From Candidatus Diapherotrites archaeon CG10_big_fil_rev_8_21_14_0_10_31_34 (lineage in GTDB: Archaea > Iainarchaeota > Iainarchaeia > Iainarchaeales > 1-14-0-10-31-34), in the NCBI GenBank assembly GCA_002763225.1, contig PFAI01000051.1, positions 1-23,484 of the forward strand: a DNA stretch of 23,484 bases, in the 5' to 3' direction. The translations under genes were made by a program, and so were the position numbers. The notes below the pieces were generated by a model, which was not told the origin of the DNA, did no database searches, and saw nothing but the letters and a program-made list of their open reading frames with translations. Shown piece after piece: positions 1-8,838 of this stretch. Every line of letters starts with the position of its first letter. Position 1 is the first letter of the stretch.

Positions 1-2141
1 TTTTTTGCTAAAGTGGGGCCAATTAAAGGCAAGGATTCAACTACAAACTGCTGTAATTCAGGCTGAGATAAACCTTTTCTTCCAATTCTTAAACGAATTT
101 CTTTCCCTTTACCTAACTGCTCTCTTTTTGCAATCAAATAAAGATAAGAAACTGTTTCTTGAACTGAATCAGAGAAAAGAATTGGAACCTGATAATCCAA
201 CAAAATTGAACTTAATGCTCCTTTAATTGCATTTTCATGAATGTTTCTTAAAGTAAATAAATCTTTTTTGTTTCCTTCAACAATCATTAAAGGTTTTTTG
301 CAGTTAGCACTTAAATCAATTAATTGAGAAAATAATCTGCCATCTAACATTGAAGTCAAAAAATCTTCTGTTGTTTTTCTTTCAATTATTACTTCATCAC
401 TTAAAACATAATCCCCTATTTCTAGTTGTTTGACTTTAACTGAAACATTATCAAACTTTGACAATTCTCTTACTGCGTTTGAAGCCTGTTCTCTTGAATC
501 AACAAAAATCAAAATAAAATCTTTGTTTGCTGAAAAAGAATTCAATGTTGTCTGTGACTCCATTTTTCTTGCATTCAAACTTGTTTCATCTAATCCCTTT
601 GAATTTAATGCTTTCATTTTATCTAAAGTGGATTTCATTTTTCTTTCTTTTGCTACACTGCTCCAGTAAAAAGCTTCATCTCTTGTTCCTTTAGCCATTA
701 AAATAATTGTTTTTCCTTTTGAAAGTCTTCCAGTTCTGCCTCTTCTTTGAATTGTTCTGATTTCAGAGGGAACTGGCTCAAAAAAAACAACTAAATCCAC
801 TTCAGGAATATCCAATCCTTCTTCTGCAACCGCAGTAGCTATAAGCACATTATATTTTCCTGTTTTCAAATCTTGTATTACCTGCGATTGTTCTTTTTGA
901 GTCATTCCTTTAACTTTTTCTTTTGCTGCCTGACCAACAAACTTTTTTGGTTTAATTCCTTCTACTTCAGTTAATTGTTTTTCTAAAAAAGAAACTGAAT
1001 CACGGTAATGATTAAATACTAAAACCTTGCTTTCAGGGTTTTCCTTAAATTGCTTTTTTAATAAATTAATTAATTCAAACAGTTTTGGATGCTCTGTTTT
1101 TTTTTCAAACAGTTTTTTTGTTAAAATAACTGCTTTTGAAACTGCTTCATGAGATAAAAGAAATTTTGCTGCTTTAGTAGTAGAATCTTTTTCTAATCTG
1201 GAAAAATAATCATTCAAAGAATTAATTCCCTGGGTTTCAAGCAGTAATTCTGCATGAGAAACTTTTAATAAGGCCGCCAGACGGGAAATTGCAGTGAATA
1301 AAGCAGAATTTTTTTCCGGAGAAGAAGCAATTCTTTTTCTTATTGCAGACTGCATTTGAAGCAACTGTGTTTTGTTTACATACTGAACTGAAGTGCTTGA
1401 TGCAAAACCAAATTTTTTCAGAAAAATAAGCTGTTCTTTCATGAATTCCCTTAACAAAACTTTAATTTCCAGAAATTCAGCCGGCAAATCAACTTTAATC
1501 CATTCAGTGGTAATTTCATTCACATAAGGTTTTACATCAGAATCTTTCTCTGATTTAATTTCAATGTTTTTAATAAACAAGTTTCTGCACACATCATCAA
1601 TTCTTTCTTTTTTTCCTCCAGGAGAAGCAGTCAAAGCAAGAATTAATCCTGAAGGATTTTGTTTCATGTAATTTTGTGCAAGAAAAACATAACTGTAATC
1701 TCCTACTGCTTTATGCGCTTCATCAAACACAATTAAAGAGACTTCTTTAAAAGAAATTTTTCCCTGCAGTAAATCGTTTTCAATTGACTGCGGGGTAGCA
1801 GAAATAATCTTGGAGTTCTGCCATAAAGGAATTCTTTTAGCAGAAGAAATTGAGCCAGTCATCAAAGTAATTGATTCTTCCGGAAGATTTAAAAATTTCT
1901 GAAAAGATTTCTGGTGCTGTACAGCCAAAGGCTTTGTCGGAGACAACACTAAAACTTTTTTTTCCGGCTGTGACTGCAAAAGAAAAGCCGAAACCATTGA
2001 AGCAACAACTGTTTTTCCTAAAGCAGTTGGCGCAACAACCAAAGAATTTCCTTTCTCTAAAACCCTTGCAGTTAACACTTCCTGATAAATCCTTGATTCA
2101 ATTGAATTTTCCTTGATTAAAGGGTGTAAAACAAAAGTCAT
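1..2141 (-). CDS. hef: Hef/FANCM-like SF2 DEAH helicase fused to ERCC4 (XPF) nuclease and HhH domain; 3' end runs off the left edge
   Basis: Not in the ORF track. Segments translated by hand from the ATG at 2141: MTFVLHPLIKENSIESRIYQ..., motif I APTALGKT, motif II VFDEAH, motif VI QRRGRTG, ERCC4 motif GDY...IERKT, and HhH-like SLPLIGPTLAK at the window edge. Confidence 0.95.
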   Translation of the reverse strand, partial: MTFVLHPLIKENSIESRIYQEVLTARVLEKGNSLVVAPTALGKTVVASMVSAFLLQSQPEKKVLVLSPTKPLAVQHQKSFQKFLNLPEESITLMTGSISSAKRIPLWQNSKIISATPQSIENDLLQGKISFKEVSLIVFDEAHKAVGDYSYVFLAQNYMKQNPSGLILALTASPGGKKERIDDVCRNLFIKNIEIKSEKDSDVKPYVNEITTEWIKVDLPAEFLEIKVLLREFMKEQLIFLKKFGFASSTSVQYVNKTQLLQMQSAIRKRIASSPEKNSALFTAISRLAALLKVSHAELLLETQGINSLNDYFSRLEKDSTTKAAKFLLSHEAVSKAVILTKKLFEKKTEHPKLFELINLLKKQFKENPESKVLVFNHYRDSVSFLEKQLTEVEGIKPKKFVGQAAKEKVKGMTQKEQSQVIQDLKTGKYNVLIATAVAEEGLDIPEVDLVVFFEPVPSEIRTIQRRGRTGRLSKGKTIILMAKGTRDEAFYWSSVAKERKMKSTLDKMKALNSKGLDETSLNARKMESQTTLNSFSANKDFILIFVDSREQASNAVRELSKFDNVSVKVKQLEIGDYVLSDEVIIERKTTEDFLTSMLDGRLFSQLIDLSANCKKPLMIVEGNKKDLFTLRNIHENAIKGALSSILLDYQVPILFSDSVQETVSYLYLIAKREQLGKGKEIRLRIGRKGLSQPELQQFVVESLPLIGPTLAK

Positions 2142-2238
2142 ACAAAAAAAGTAAGTGAAATCAAATAAAAATCAATGGGGAAGGAGACTGCCAGTGAAAA
2201 GAAAAAAATTATTAATAACAAAAGCATTGATAGTATGG

Positions 2239-3372
2239 ATGAAAAAAATATTATTGTGTTTAAGCCTGTTGTTTTTAATTAGCTTTGCTTATTCATTTTG
2301 CGAGGATTCAGACGGAGATAATTATGGAATAAAAGAATTAGACTGCGAGTTTTCTGCTTTAGACTGCGATGACTTTAATCCAAATATCAATCCGGGAAAA
2401 ACTGAAGTTTGCAGTAATGGAATAGACGAAGACTGTAATGGAAAAGATTTAAGCTGCATGCAGTGTGCTGAAGGAGAAATTTTTTTCAGGTGTTCCTGCC
2501 AGGGAAAAATATATGAAAAAGGGACAGGTTATTGCTGCAACAATGTGTTTAATGAAACAAAATGCGAGCCAGGCTGCACTGGAACTGTAGCAGACCGGCT
2601 TAACTGCATTACAGAACAAGGCTGCCCCGGAGAAACTATGTGCAATATATGGCTAGCTCCACCACATCAATTATTTGAATGCCATGATGTATTTCCAGAT
2701 GATAACTGCCCTTGCATTGAAAAATGGTCTTGCGAAAACTGGAGTTCATGCATTAATGGTAAAACCACAAGAAAATGCACTGATAAAAAAAATTGCAGCA
2801 CAATAAAAATTAAGCCAAAAACTACATCCACTTGCACTACAGAAACAAAAAAAATCAGTGTTAAGCTGTTAAAAAATACTATAAAAGAAAACGAGTTAAT
2901 TACTTTAATTGCCTCTTACAACAATAATCCTTTGGTTTCAGCTAAAGTTGAATATTCAGGTAAAAGCATTTTAACAGATTTTTCCGGTAAAGCAGTTTTA
3001 ACTGCAGTTTTTGGCCAAAACAAAATTAAAGTAAGCAAGCAGGGATTTGATTCAGAAGAATTAACAATAAATGTAATAAAAGAAATTGATGCAGGCTGTG
3101 GAAACAATTACTGCGATGAAAAAGAAAATGAATTTAATTGCCCGATAGACTGCAAAAAAACCAGTGAAACAGGAGACCAAAACAAGGATGACCCTAAACC
3201 AATTTCTGAAGAAAAACAAAAATGTGGAAACAAAGTATGCGATAAAGGAGAAGGCATAACTAATTGTTTTACTGATTGTTTTAATCCACTGGCGCCGGAA
3301 AGCCTGGTGTTTTTCGGGGTAGTTTTTCTTGTCCTTATATTGTTTATAATCACTTTATTGAAGATAAAATAA
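2239..3372 (+). CDS. Cysteine-rich, C-terminally membrane-anchored surface protein with MopE-like putative metal-binding motif and CGNxxC repeats
   Basis: Likely start is the ATG at 2239, giving a signal-peptide-like MKKILLCLSLLFLISFAYS. Contains DCDDFNPNINPGKTEVCSNGIDEDCNG, WSCENWSSC...RKCTD, two CGNxxCD-x-E-xxxNC-x-DC repeats and a hydrophobic C-terminal helix followed by KIK. Confidence 0.8.
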   Translation: MKKILLCLSLLFLISFAYSFCEDSDGDNYGIKELDCEFSALDCDDFNPNINPGKTEVCSNGIDEDCNGKDLSCMQCAEGEIFFRCSCQGKIYEKGTGYCCNNVFNETKCEPGCTGTVADRLNCITEQGCPGETMCNIWLAPPHQLFECHDVFPDDNCPCIEKWSCENWSSCINGKTTRKCTDKKNCSTIKIKPKTTSTCTTETKKISVKLLKNTIKENELITLIASYNNNPLVSAKVEYSGKSILTDFSGKAVLTAVFGQNKIKVSKQGFDSEELTINVIKEIDAGCGNNYCDEKENEFNCPIDCKKTSETGDQNKDDPKPISEEKQKCGNKVCDKGEGITNCFTDCFNPLAPESLVFFGVVFLVLILFIITLLKIK

Positions 3373-3452
3373 AGAAAAAAGCCCTAAAAAAAGGATAAAT
3401 TTTTAAAGAAAGGAATTTTATTGTTTATAGACTAAAAGGAGGCTTTTTTTTT

Positions 3453-3656
3453 ATGGCAGAAATTCCTTTAGCTGCATTAGACAGAATAATCAGAAAAAGT
3501 TCTGGTTTAAGGGTAAGTGAAACAGCTTCAAAAGAGCTGGGCTTGTTTTTGGAATCAGAAGGAGAAAAAATTGCAAGAACTGCAGCAGAATATGCAAGGC
3601 ATGCAGGCAGAAAAACAATTGTTGACGCAGACATCAAACTAGCAGTAAAAAAATAA
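3453..3656 (+). CDS. Archaeal histone (HMf/HMt-type histone fold)
   Basis: 67 aa with MAEIPLAALDRIIRK, RVS and ARHAGRKTIVDADIKLA histone-fold signatures. SD-like AGGAGG upstream. Confidence 0.95.
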   Translation: MAEIPLAALDRIIRKSSGLRVSETASKELGLFLESEGEKIARTAAEYARHAGRKTIVDADIKLAVKK

Positions 3657-3680
3657 AGTTTAAATTAAACTAATTTAATT

Positions 3681-4049
3681 TTATTTAGATTGTGCTAACA
3701 TTAAACGTTTTTTAAGAACACTAATTGCTTGTGTTACTGAACTCAATTCTTTTTCAAAACTTTTGATATCTTCTGTTTTGTTTTTTTTCCTTGCCTTTTT
3801 TAAATGAGCAAGAACACTTCGTCTGTAAGGCATAGAATCAGATAATATTTTTTTGATTTCTTCAGGATTAACTAATTTGTTAAGAAAACATTTGGTTGCA
3901 TGGCTATTAAAAGTCAGTCTTCTTGGAATCAAATTTGATAAATCATTTGCAGTCCTTATTTTTAATCTTGTTTTACCAAAGGCATAATCAAATTTATTTT
4001 TTGTACCGCCAGTAGCTCTTTTTGAGGGTTGCCTGCCAAAACCTTTCAT
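3681..4049 (-). CDS. Hypothetical basic (Lys/Arg-rich) protein
   Basis: 122-aa ORF. Its ATG overlaps the cmk stop (TAATG), and it fills the gap to the convergent histone gene. No motif recognised. Confidence 0.65.
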   Translation of the reverse strand: MKGFGRQPSKRATGGTKNKFDYAFGKTRLKIRTANDLSNLIPRRLTFNSHATKCFLNKLVNPEEIKKILSDSMPYRRSVLAHLKKARKKNKTEDIKSFEKELSSVTQAISVLKKRLMLAQSK

Positions 4050-4630
4050 TATAACACTTTTTTTAATTCCTTTAAAGCAATTTCTCTGACTTTTTTTTCT
4101 GAAATGTTTTCTGTATCAATAACTAAATCAAATTTATCCAGTTCTTCTCCTAAAATAAAACCATACAAGTGTTTGTAAATTTCTCTTGTTTTGTCTTCTT
4201 TTAATTTAATTGCTTTTAATACATCTTTTTTTGATTGGCTGTTTCTTCTTGAAATTCTTTCTGCTCTGACTTCAACTGAAGCCTTTAGCCAGATTTTAAA
4301 TCCTTTTTTGCTTAAATAACCCATTGTCCAGGAATCCATTACAACATTTCCTTCTTCAATCAACGATAAAAGTTTTGCATCTAATTCCTGATCAAACTTG
4401 TCTTCATTCAATCTTTTTTCAAAAGATTGTTTTGCTTCTTCACTTTCCCACCAGCCACTGTTTTTTTCTCCTGTTTCATCAAGAAATTCTTCTTTTTGTC
4501 TTTCAAGCAATTGCTTCAGCAAAGAAGAAGTATGAATACACTTCAAATTAAATTCTTCTGCAATAAATTCAACTAAATTACTTTTCCCTGAACCGCTTAA
4601 ACCAGAAACAATTACAACTTTGTTTTTCAT
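4049..4630 (-). CDS. cmk: Cytidylate kinase (archaeal type)
   Basis: Start re-called at the ATG at 4630 (MKNKVVIVSGLSGSGKS, P-loop). Also D..LD, VVMDS, KIWLKASVEVRAERI, Y..LYG and FDLVIDT, typical of archaeal (d)CMP kinases. Confidence 0.88.
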   Translation of the reverse strand: MKNKVVIVSGLSGSGKSNLVEFIAEEFNLKCIHTSSLLKQLLERQKEEFLDETGEKNSGWWESEEAKQSFEKRLNEDKFDQELDAKLLSLIEEGNVVMDSWTMGYLSKKGFKIWLKASVEVRAERISRRNSQSKKDVLKAIKLKEDKTREIYKHLYGFILGEELDKFDLVIDTENISEKKVREIALKELKKVL

Positions 4631-4682
4631 AAGAAAAAAAGGTTTGAATTTGTATTTAAACCTTGTGTAGTAAAAATTTTTG

Positions 4683-5459
4683 ATGACCCCAAAAGAAAAA
4701 TACAAAATTTTAGTGAAAAAAACAAAAGAGTTTTTTGAAAGGCAAAAATTCAATAAAGCAGTAATAGGGTTAAGCGGGGGCCTTGATTCATCTTTAACAG
4801 CAAAAATTACTGTTGACGCAATAGGAAAAGAAAACGTTTTAGGTTTAATAATGCCTGAAAAAACCAATTCACCTGAAAGCTTGGAGTATGCAAAAGAATT
4901 AGCAGAACAGCTTGGAATAAAAGCAGTTAAAATAGATATAAATGATTTTTTCACGCCTTTTTATAAATTACTTCCATGGGACCAAAACAATGCTTCAAAA
5001 ACAAATTTAAAGCCAAGAATAAGAATGACAGTGCTTTATAATTATGCAAACAGACATAATGCAATTGTAGTCGGAACATCAAACAAAACAGAAATAATTT
5101 TAGGTTATTTTACCAAGCACGGAGACAATGCAACAGATTTTATTCCAATAGGAAATTTATTTAAAACAGAATTATACGAAATAGCAAAAGAAATAGGGAT
5201 ACCAAAAAAAATAATTCAAAGAAAACCTTCAGCTGAACTGGAAGAAAACCAAACAGACGAAAAAGATTTAGGTTTAAGCTATAAAGAAATAGATGAAATA
5301 CTGGCTGAAAGGGAAAAACAATCTTTTAAGAAAAATTTGAGCAAAACAGAAATAGAAAAAGAATTAACTGAAAAGTTTGGAGAAAAAGCTAAAAGCATTC
5401 TGAAAAGAATTGAAGAAAACAGGCACAAAATTAAGCCAATAGAAAAAATTGAATTTTGA
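4683..5459 (+). CDS. nadE: NH3-dependent NAD+ synthetase
   Basis: SGGLDS PP-loop, NLKPRIRM, GTSNKTE, GYFTKHGD, KPSAEL, QTDE. No glutaminase domain. Confidence 0.95.
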   Translation: MTPKEKYKILVKKTKEFFERQKFNKAVIGLSGGLDSSLTAKITVDAIGKENVLGLIMPEKTNSPESLEYAKELAEQLGIKAVKIDINDFFTPFYKLLPWDQNNASKTNLKPRIRMTVLYNYANRHNAIVVGTSNKTEIILGYFTKHGDNATDFIPIGNLFKTELYEIAKEIGIPKKIIQRKPSAELEENQTDEKDLGLSYKEIDEILAEREKQSFKKNLSKTEIEKELTEKFGEKAKSILKRIEENRHKIKPIEKIEF

Positions 5460-5506
5460 TTAAAACCAAAAAAAAGAAAAAAACAGGAATTTAATTTTGA
5501 TTAAAA

Positions 5507-6370
5507 ATGATTTCAAAAAAAATGAAAAAAAAATTAGTTGAGTTTGTCAGGGAAGACATTGCAGGAAAAGACATTACCACAGAATTAATCACAGAAAAAA
5601 AATGCAATGCAATAATTAAATTAAAAGAAAAAGCAGTTGTATCCGGATTAGAAGAAGCAAAGTTTTTGTTTGAATTTTTCAGGGTTAAAACAAAAGTTTT
5701 AGCTAAAAACGGAAAAAAATACAATAAAGGAAAAACTCTGATAAAGTTAAAAGGAAGCAATAAACAAATTCTTATAGCTGAAAGAACTGCATTAAATGTT
5801 TTAAGCAGAATGAGTGGAATTGCAACTTCAGCAAAAAAAGCCCAAAAAATCGCAGGAAAAAACTGTAAAATAATGCTGACAAGAAAAACCTGTGCAGGAT
5901 TAAATGAATTAGACAAAAAAGCAGGAATAGAAGCAGGAATCCTGCCTCACAGAAAAAACCTGAATTCAGCTTTCCTAATAAAAGAAAACCATTTAAAATT
6001 CGGTTCAATTCAAGAACTCATTCAAAAAGCAAAAAAAATGAATAAAAAAAACAAAGAAAAAACAGGAAAAGGAAAGCAAAAAAACAAATTAACTGAAAAA
6101 AAATTAATTGAAGTTGAAATACAAAACTTTTTTGAATTAAATCAAGCAATTAAAGCTAAACCAGATGTAATAATGCTTGACAATTTTTCTTTAAAGAATG
6201 CAGGAAAAGCATTAAAGGAAATAAGAAAAACAAAAATCAAGATAGAGGTTTCAGGAAACATTAATTTTGAAAATTTAAGGGAATATTCTTCTTTGAAACC
6301 GGATTTTATTTCAATGGGTTTATTAACTCATTCAGTTAAAGGAATAAATTTAAGTTTGCTTGTTAGTTAA
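5507..6370 (+). CDS. nadC: Nicotinate-nucleotide diphosphorylase (carboxylating), quinolinate phosphoribosyltransferase
   Basis: ED..G.DITT, ERTALN.L.RMSGIAT, TRKT, HR, LIKENH, EVE, MLDN, SGNI, SMG.LTHS. Confidence 0.93.
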   Translation: MISKKMKKKLVEFVREDIAGKDITTELITEKKCNAIIKLKEKAVVSGLEEAKFLFEFFRVKTKVLAKNGKKYNKGKTLIKLKGSNKQILIAERTALNVLSRMSGIATSAKKAQKIAGKNCKIMLTRKTCAGLNELDKKAGIEAGILPHRKNLNSAFLIKENHLKFGSIQELIQKAKKMNKKNKEKTGKGKQKNKLTEKKLIEVEIQNFFELNQAIKAKPDVIMLDNFSLKNAGKALKEIRKTKIKIEVSGNINFENLREYSSLKPDFISMGLLTHSVKGINLSLLVS

Positions 6371-6375
6371 TTATT

Positions 6376-6963
6376 GTGAGTAAAATGAAAATTGGCTTGT
6401 TTGGAGGGTCATTTGACCCAATTCATTTAGGGCATTTAGTTGCAGCACAACAAGTGTTAGACGAAAAACTATGCGAAAAAATATGGTTTCTGCCTTGCTA
6501 TCAAAATCCATTAAAAAAAAAGTCAACTGAAACAAAACACAGAAAAAAAATGCTTGAAATAGCCATAAAAAACGAAAAAGGTTTTGAATTAAATGAAACT
6601 GAATTAAAAGAAAAAAAAACTAATTACACAATTGAAACAGTAAGAAAACTGAAAAAACTGTTTTCTGAACACGAATTTTATTTTATTATTGCAGGAAAAG
6701 CACTAAAAGAATTCAATAAATGGAAAAAATACGATGAACTGGCAAAAGAAATTAAATTTATTGTTGTTTCTTTCCAGCATTCAGATAAAATCCCGAAAAA
6801 AATAGGGAAATTCAATCCAATAAAACTGAATCCGACTTTAAGCAGCAATATTTCTTCTACTTTAATCAGAAAAGGAATAAAAGAAAAAAAAGATGTATCA
6901 GTTTTTTTACCAAAAAAAGTTTTGGATTACATTAAAGAAAACAAATTATATGAATTCAAATAA
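6376..6963 (+). CDS. nadD: Nicotinate-nucleotide adenylyltransferase, bacterial NadD type
   Basis: IGLFGGSFDPIHLGH, P...NPLK, YTIET, W, ISSTLIR, V.DYI.E.KLY. Start is GTG 6376 or ATG 6385. Confidence 0.92.
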   Translation: MSKMKIGLFGGSFDPIHLGHLVAAQQVLDEKLCEKIWFLPCYQNPLKKKSTETKHRKKMLEIAIKNEKGFELNETELKEKKTNYTIETVRKLKKLFSEHEFYFIIAGKALKEFNKWKKYDELAKEIKFIVVSFQHSDKIPKKIGKFNPIKLNPTLSSNISSTLIRKGIKEKKDVSVFLPKKVLDYIKENKLYEFK

Positions 6964-7004
6964 AACGCAGAAAAAAAGAAAAATAAAAAAAAGATTAGAA
7001 AAAA

Positions 7005-8786
7005 TTAAAGCTTAAATCTTTTTCTTTCGTCTTTGGTTTCTTCTCTTAAATAATTAACAAATTCGTCTCTGAAATTAGAGATATCTAATACTTTGCCTGT
7101 TTCAAGGAATGCACTGATATTTTTGATAAAAACATTGCTTCCAATCACATCAGGCAAAATAACAAAATCAACTTCTTTTTCATATAACTCTAATGCATCT
7201 CTTTTAGTTTTTGCACGGGAAAAAATTGAAATCTTTGGATTAATTTGTTTTGCTTTTTCAGCTAAATACAAAGCATAAGTTATTTCAGGAATAGCAATAA
7301 CCAATAAACCGGCTTTAGCTAAATTAACTTTGCTCCAGATTTCCTGGTTTTCAATGTTCCCGCAAACAGAATTAATTCCTAAATTGATTTGATTAAAAAT
7401 TACATCAGGGTCATGGTCTACTACAACAACATCATTATGTCTTCCGATTGCTTGAGCAATGCTTGAACCCATTACTCCTGCGCCTACAATAATAATATGG
7501 TTTTGCAGTTCTTTTTCTTCAGGAAGCCTTTCCAAATCATTTAATTTGTTTACAAACCGGAATCTGTTTGAAAAAGGATGAAAAAGTCCTGAAAGTTTTG
7601 AATAAATTCCTTCACTTGAATTCATAAAATATGGAGTTACTGCCATAGTAACTGCAGTAACAATAATTGTAATGGAAAAAATATCTGAAGATAATACTCC
7701 TGAAGTAAAACCATATGCAGCTAAAATAAAAGAAAACTCTGAAATTTGTGCCAAAGAAAAACCAACTATCAAACCATTTCTTGTCCCATAACCTGCAATA
7801 ATACTGATTAAAACAAAAACAATTGGCTTAAGGATTAACACAATAAAAAGCATTATTCCTGCAATCAATAAAACAAATTCTAAAGGACTGGAAAAAATCA
7901 AAGTTAACTGAACGCCTAAAGAAACAAAAAAAACTGTAACAAAAAAATCTCTTATCCCTCTTATTTTGCCGATTAATTCAAGATTGCTTGAAAGAGCTGA
8001 AAGGCTTAAACCAGCCAAAAATGCTCCAACTGCAGGAGAAAAATCAAGCATTGAAGCAAGAAAAATAAAAACAAAACAAGTGCTTAAACCGGTTAAAAAT
8101 AATAGTTCCTGGCTTCTGGACGAATAAGAAACAATTCTGGAAAAAACAAATCTTCCAAGCAAAAAAGCAAGCAAAAGCAACAACAAACCTTTAACTATAA
8201 TTGGGACAACCGCAGTAAAAGTAAAAGATTCAAGTGAAACCAAAGGCAAAACCAATACAATCAAAAAATCCTGCATTAACAGAAAGCCAATCATTAATCT
8301 TCCATGCAAAGTATTTAGTTTATTGGAATCAGACAAATTTTTTACTACAATCATAGTTGAACTAAAAGCAAGAATTAAACCTAAATAAACTGAAACCAAA
8401 AAATCCAATCCAATAAAATTAAATAAAGCAAAAGAAATAACTGAAATCAGGAAAACCTGAATAATGCTTCCAATCAAAACAATTTTGCCGATGTTTTTTA
8501 ATTTATTTAAATCTGATTCAACTCCGACAGTAAACAACAAAAAAGCAACGCCTAACTCTGAAATCAAAAAAATATTTTCCATTCCCTGAGTTAAGCCAAG
8601 TAAATTCAATCCAATTGGACCAATAATTACTCCGGCAACAATATAAGACAAAATTAAAGGCTGTCTTAAAAGCCTTCCAATTAAAGCAGTCAAAGTTGCA
8701 AAAACAACAATTAAGCCGAGTTCTGCAACCAAACCAGAAGACTGAATAAACTCAAAATTAACTATTGAAAAAAGTTCTTCAAACAT
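7005..8786 (-). CDS. Kef-type (CPA2) cation:proton antiporter with C-terminal KTN/RCK (TrkA-N) domain
   Basis: Many TM helices with ELGVAFLLFTVG.E, SSTMIV.K, G.LL.QD, FFVSLG and LAQISEFSFIL. C-terminal IIIVGAGVMG Rossmann motif. Start taken at the ATG at 8786. Confidence 0.92.
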   Translation of the reverse strand: MFEELFSIVNFEFIQSSGLVAELGLIVVFATLTALIGRLLRQPLILSYIVAGVIIGPIGLNLLGLTQGMENIFLISELGVAFLLFTVGVESDLNKLKNIGKIVLIGSIIQVFLISVISFALFNFIGLDFLVSVYLGLILAFSSTMIVVKNLSDSNKLNTLHGRLMIGFLLMQDFLIVLVLPLVSLESFTFTAVVPIIVKGLLLLLLAFLLGRFVFSRIVSYSSRSQELLFLTGLSTCFVFIFLASMLDFSPAVGAFLAGLSLSALSSNLELIGKIRGIRDFFVTVFFVSLGVQLTLIFSSPLEFVLLIAGIMLFIVLILKPIVFVLISIIAGYGTRNGLIVGFSLAQISEFSFILAAYGFTSGVLSSDIFSITIIVTAVTMAVTPYFMNSSEGIYSKLSGLFHPFSNRFRFVNKLNDLERLPEEKELQNHIIIVGAGVMGSSIAQAIGRHNDVVVVDHDPDVIFNQINLGINSVCGNIENQEIWSKVNLAKAGLLVIAIPEITYALYLAEKAKQINPKISIFSRAKTKRDALELYEKEVDFVILPDVIGSNVFIKNISAFLETGKVLDISNFRDEFVNYLREETKDERKRFKL

Positions 8787-8838
8787 AATAAATAAAAAAA
8801 CGCAAAACAAGTATATAAACCTTTTTTAAAAAAAAGAA

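Noticed and set aside
5..2116. Short plus-strand ORFs 5-226, 430-669 and 1871-2116
   Set aside because: Antisense shadows of the hef gene.
2155..2238. Upstream GTG start for the Cys-rich protein
   Set aside because: The signal peptide begins at ATG 2239. The upstream part is the divergent intergenic region shared with hef.
4631..4954. N-terminal 108-aa extension of the cmk ORF in the ORF track
   Set aside because: It is antisense to nadE. The kinase P-loop begins right after the ATG at 4630.
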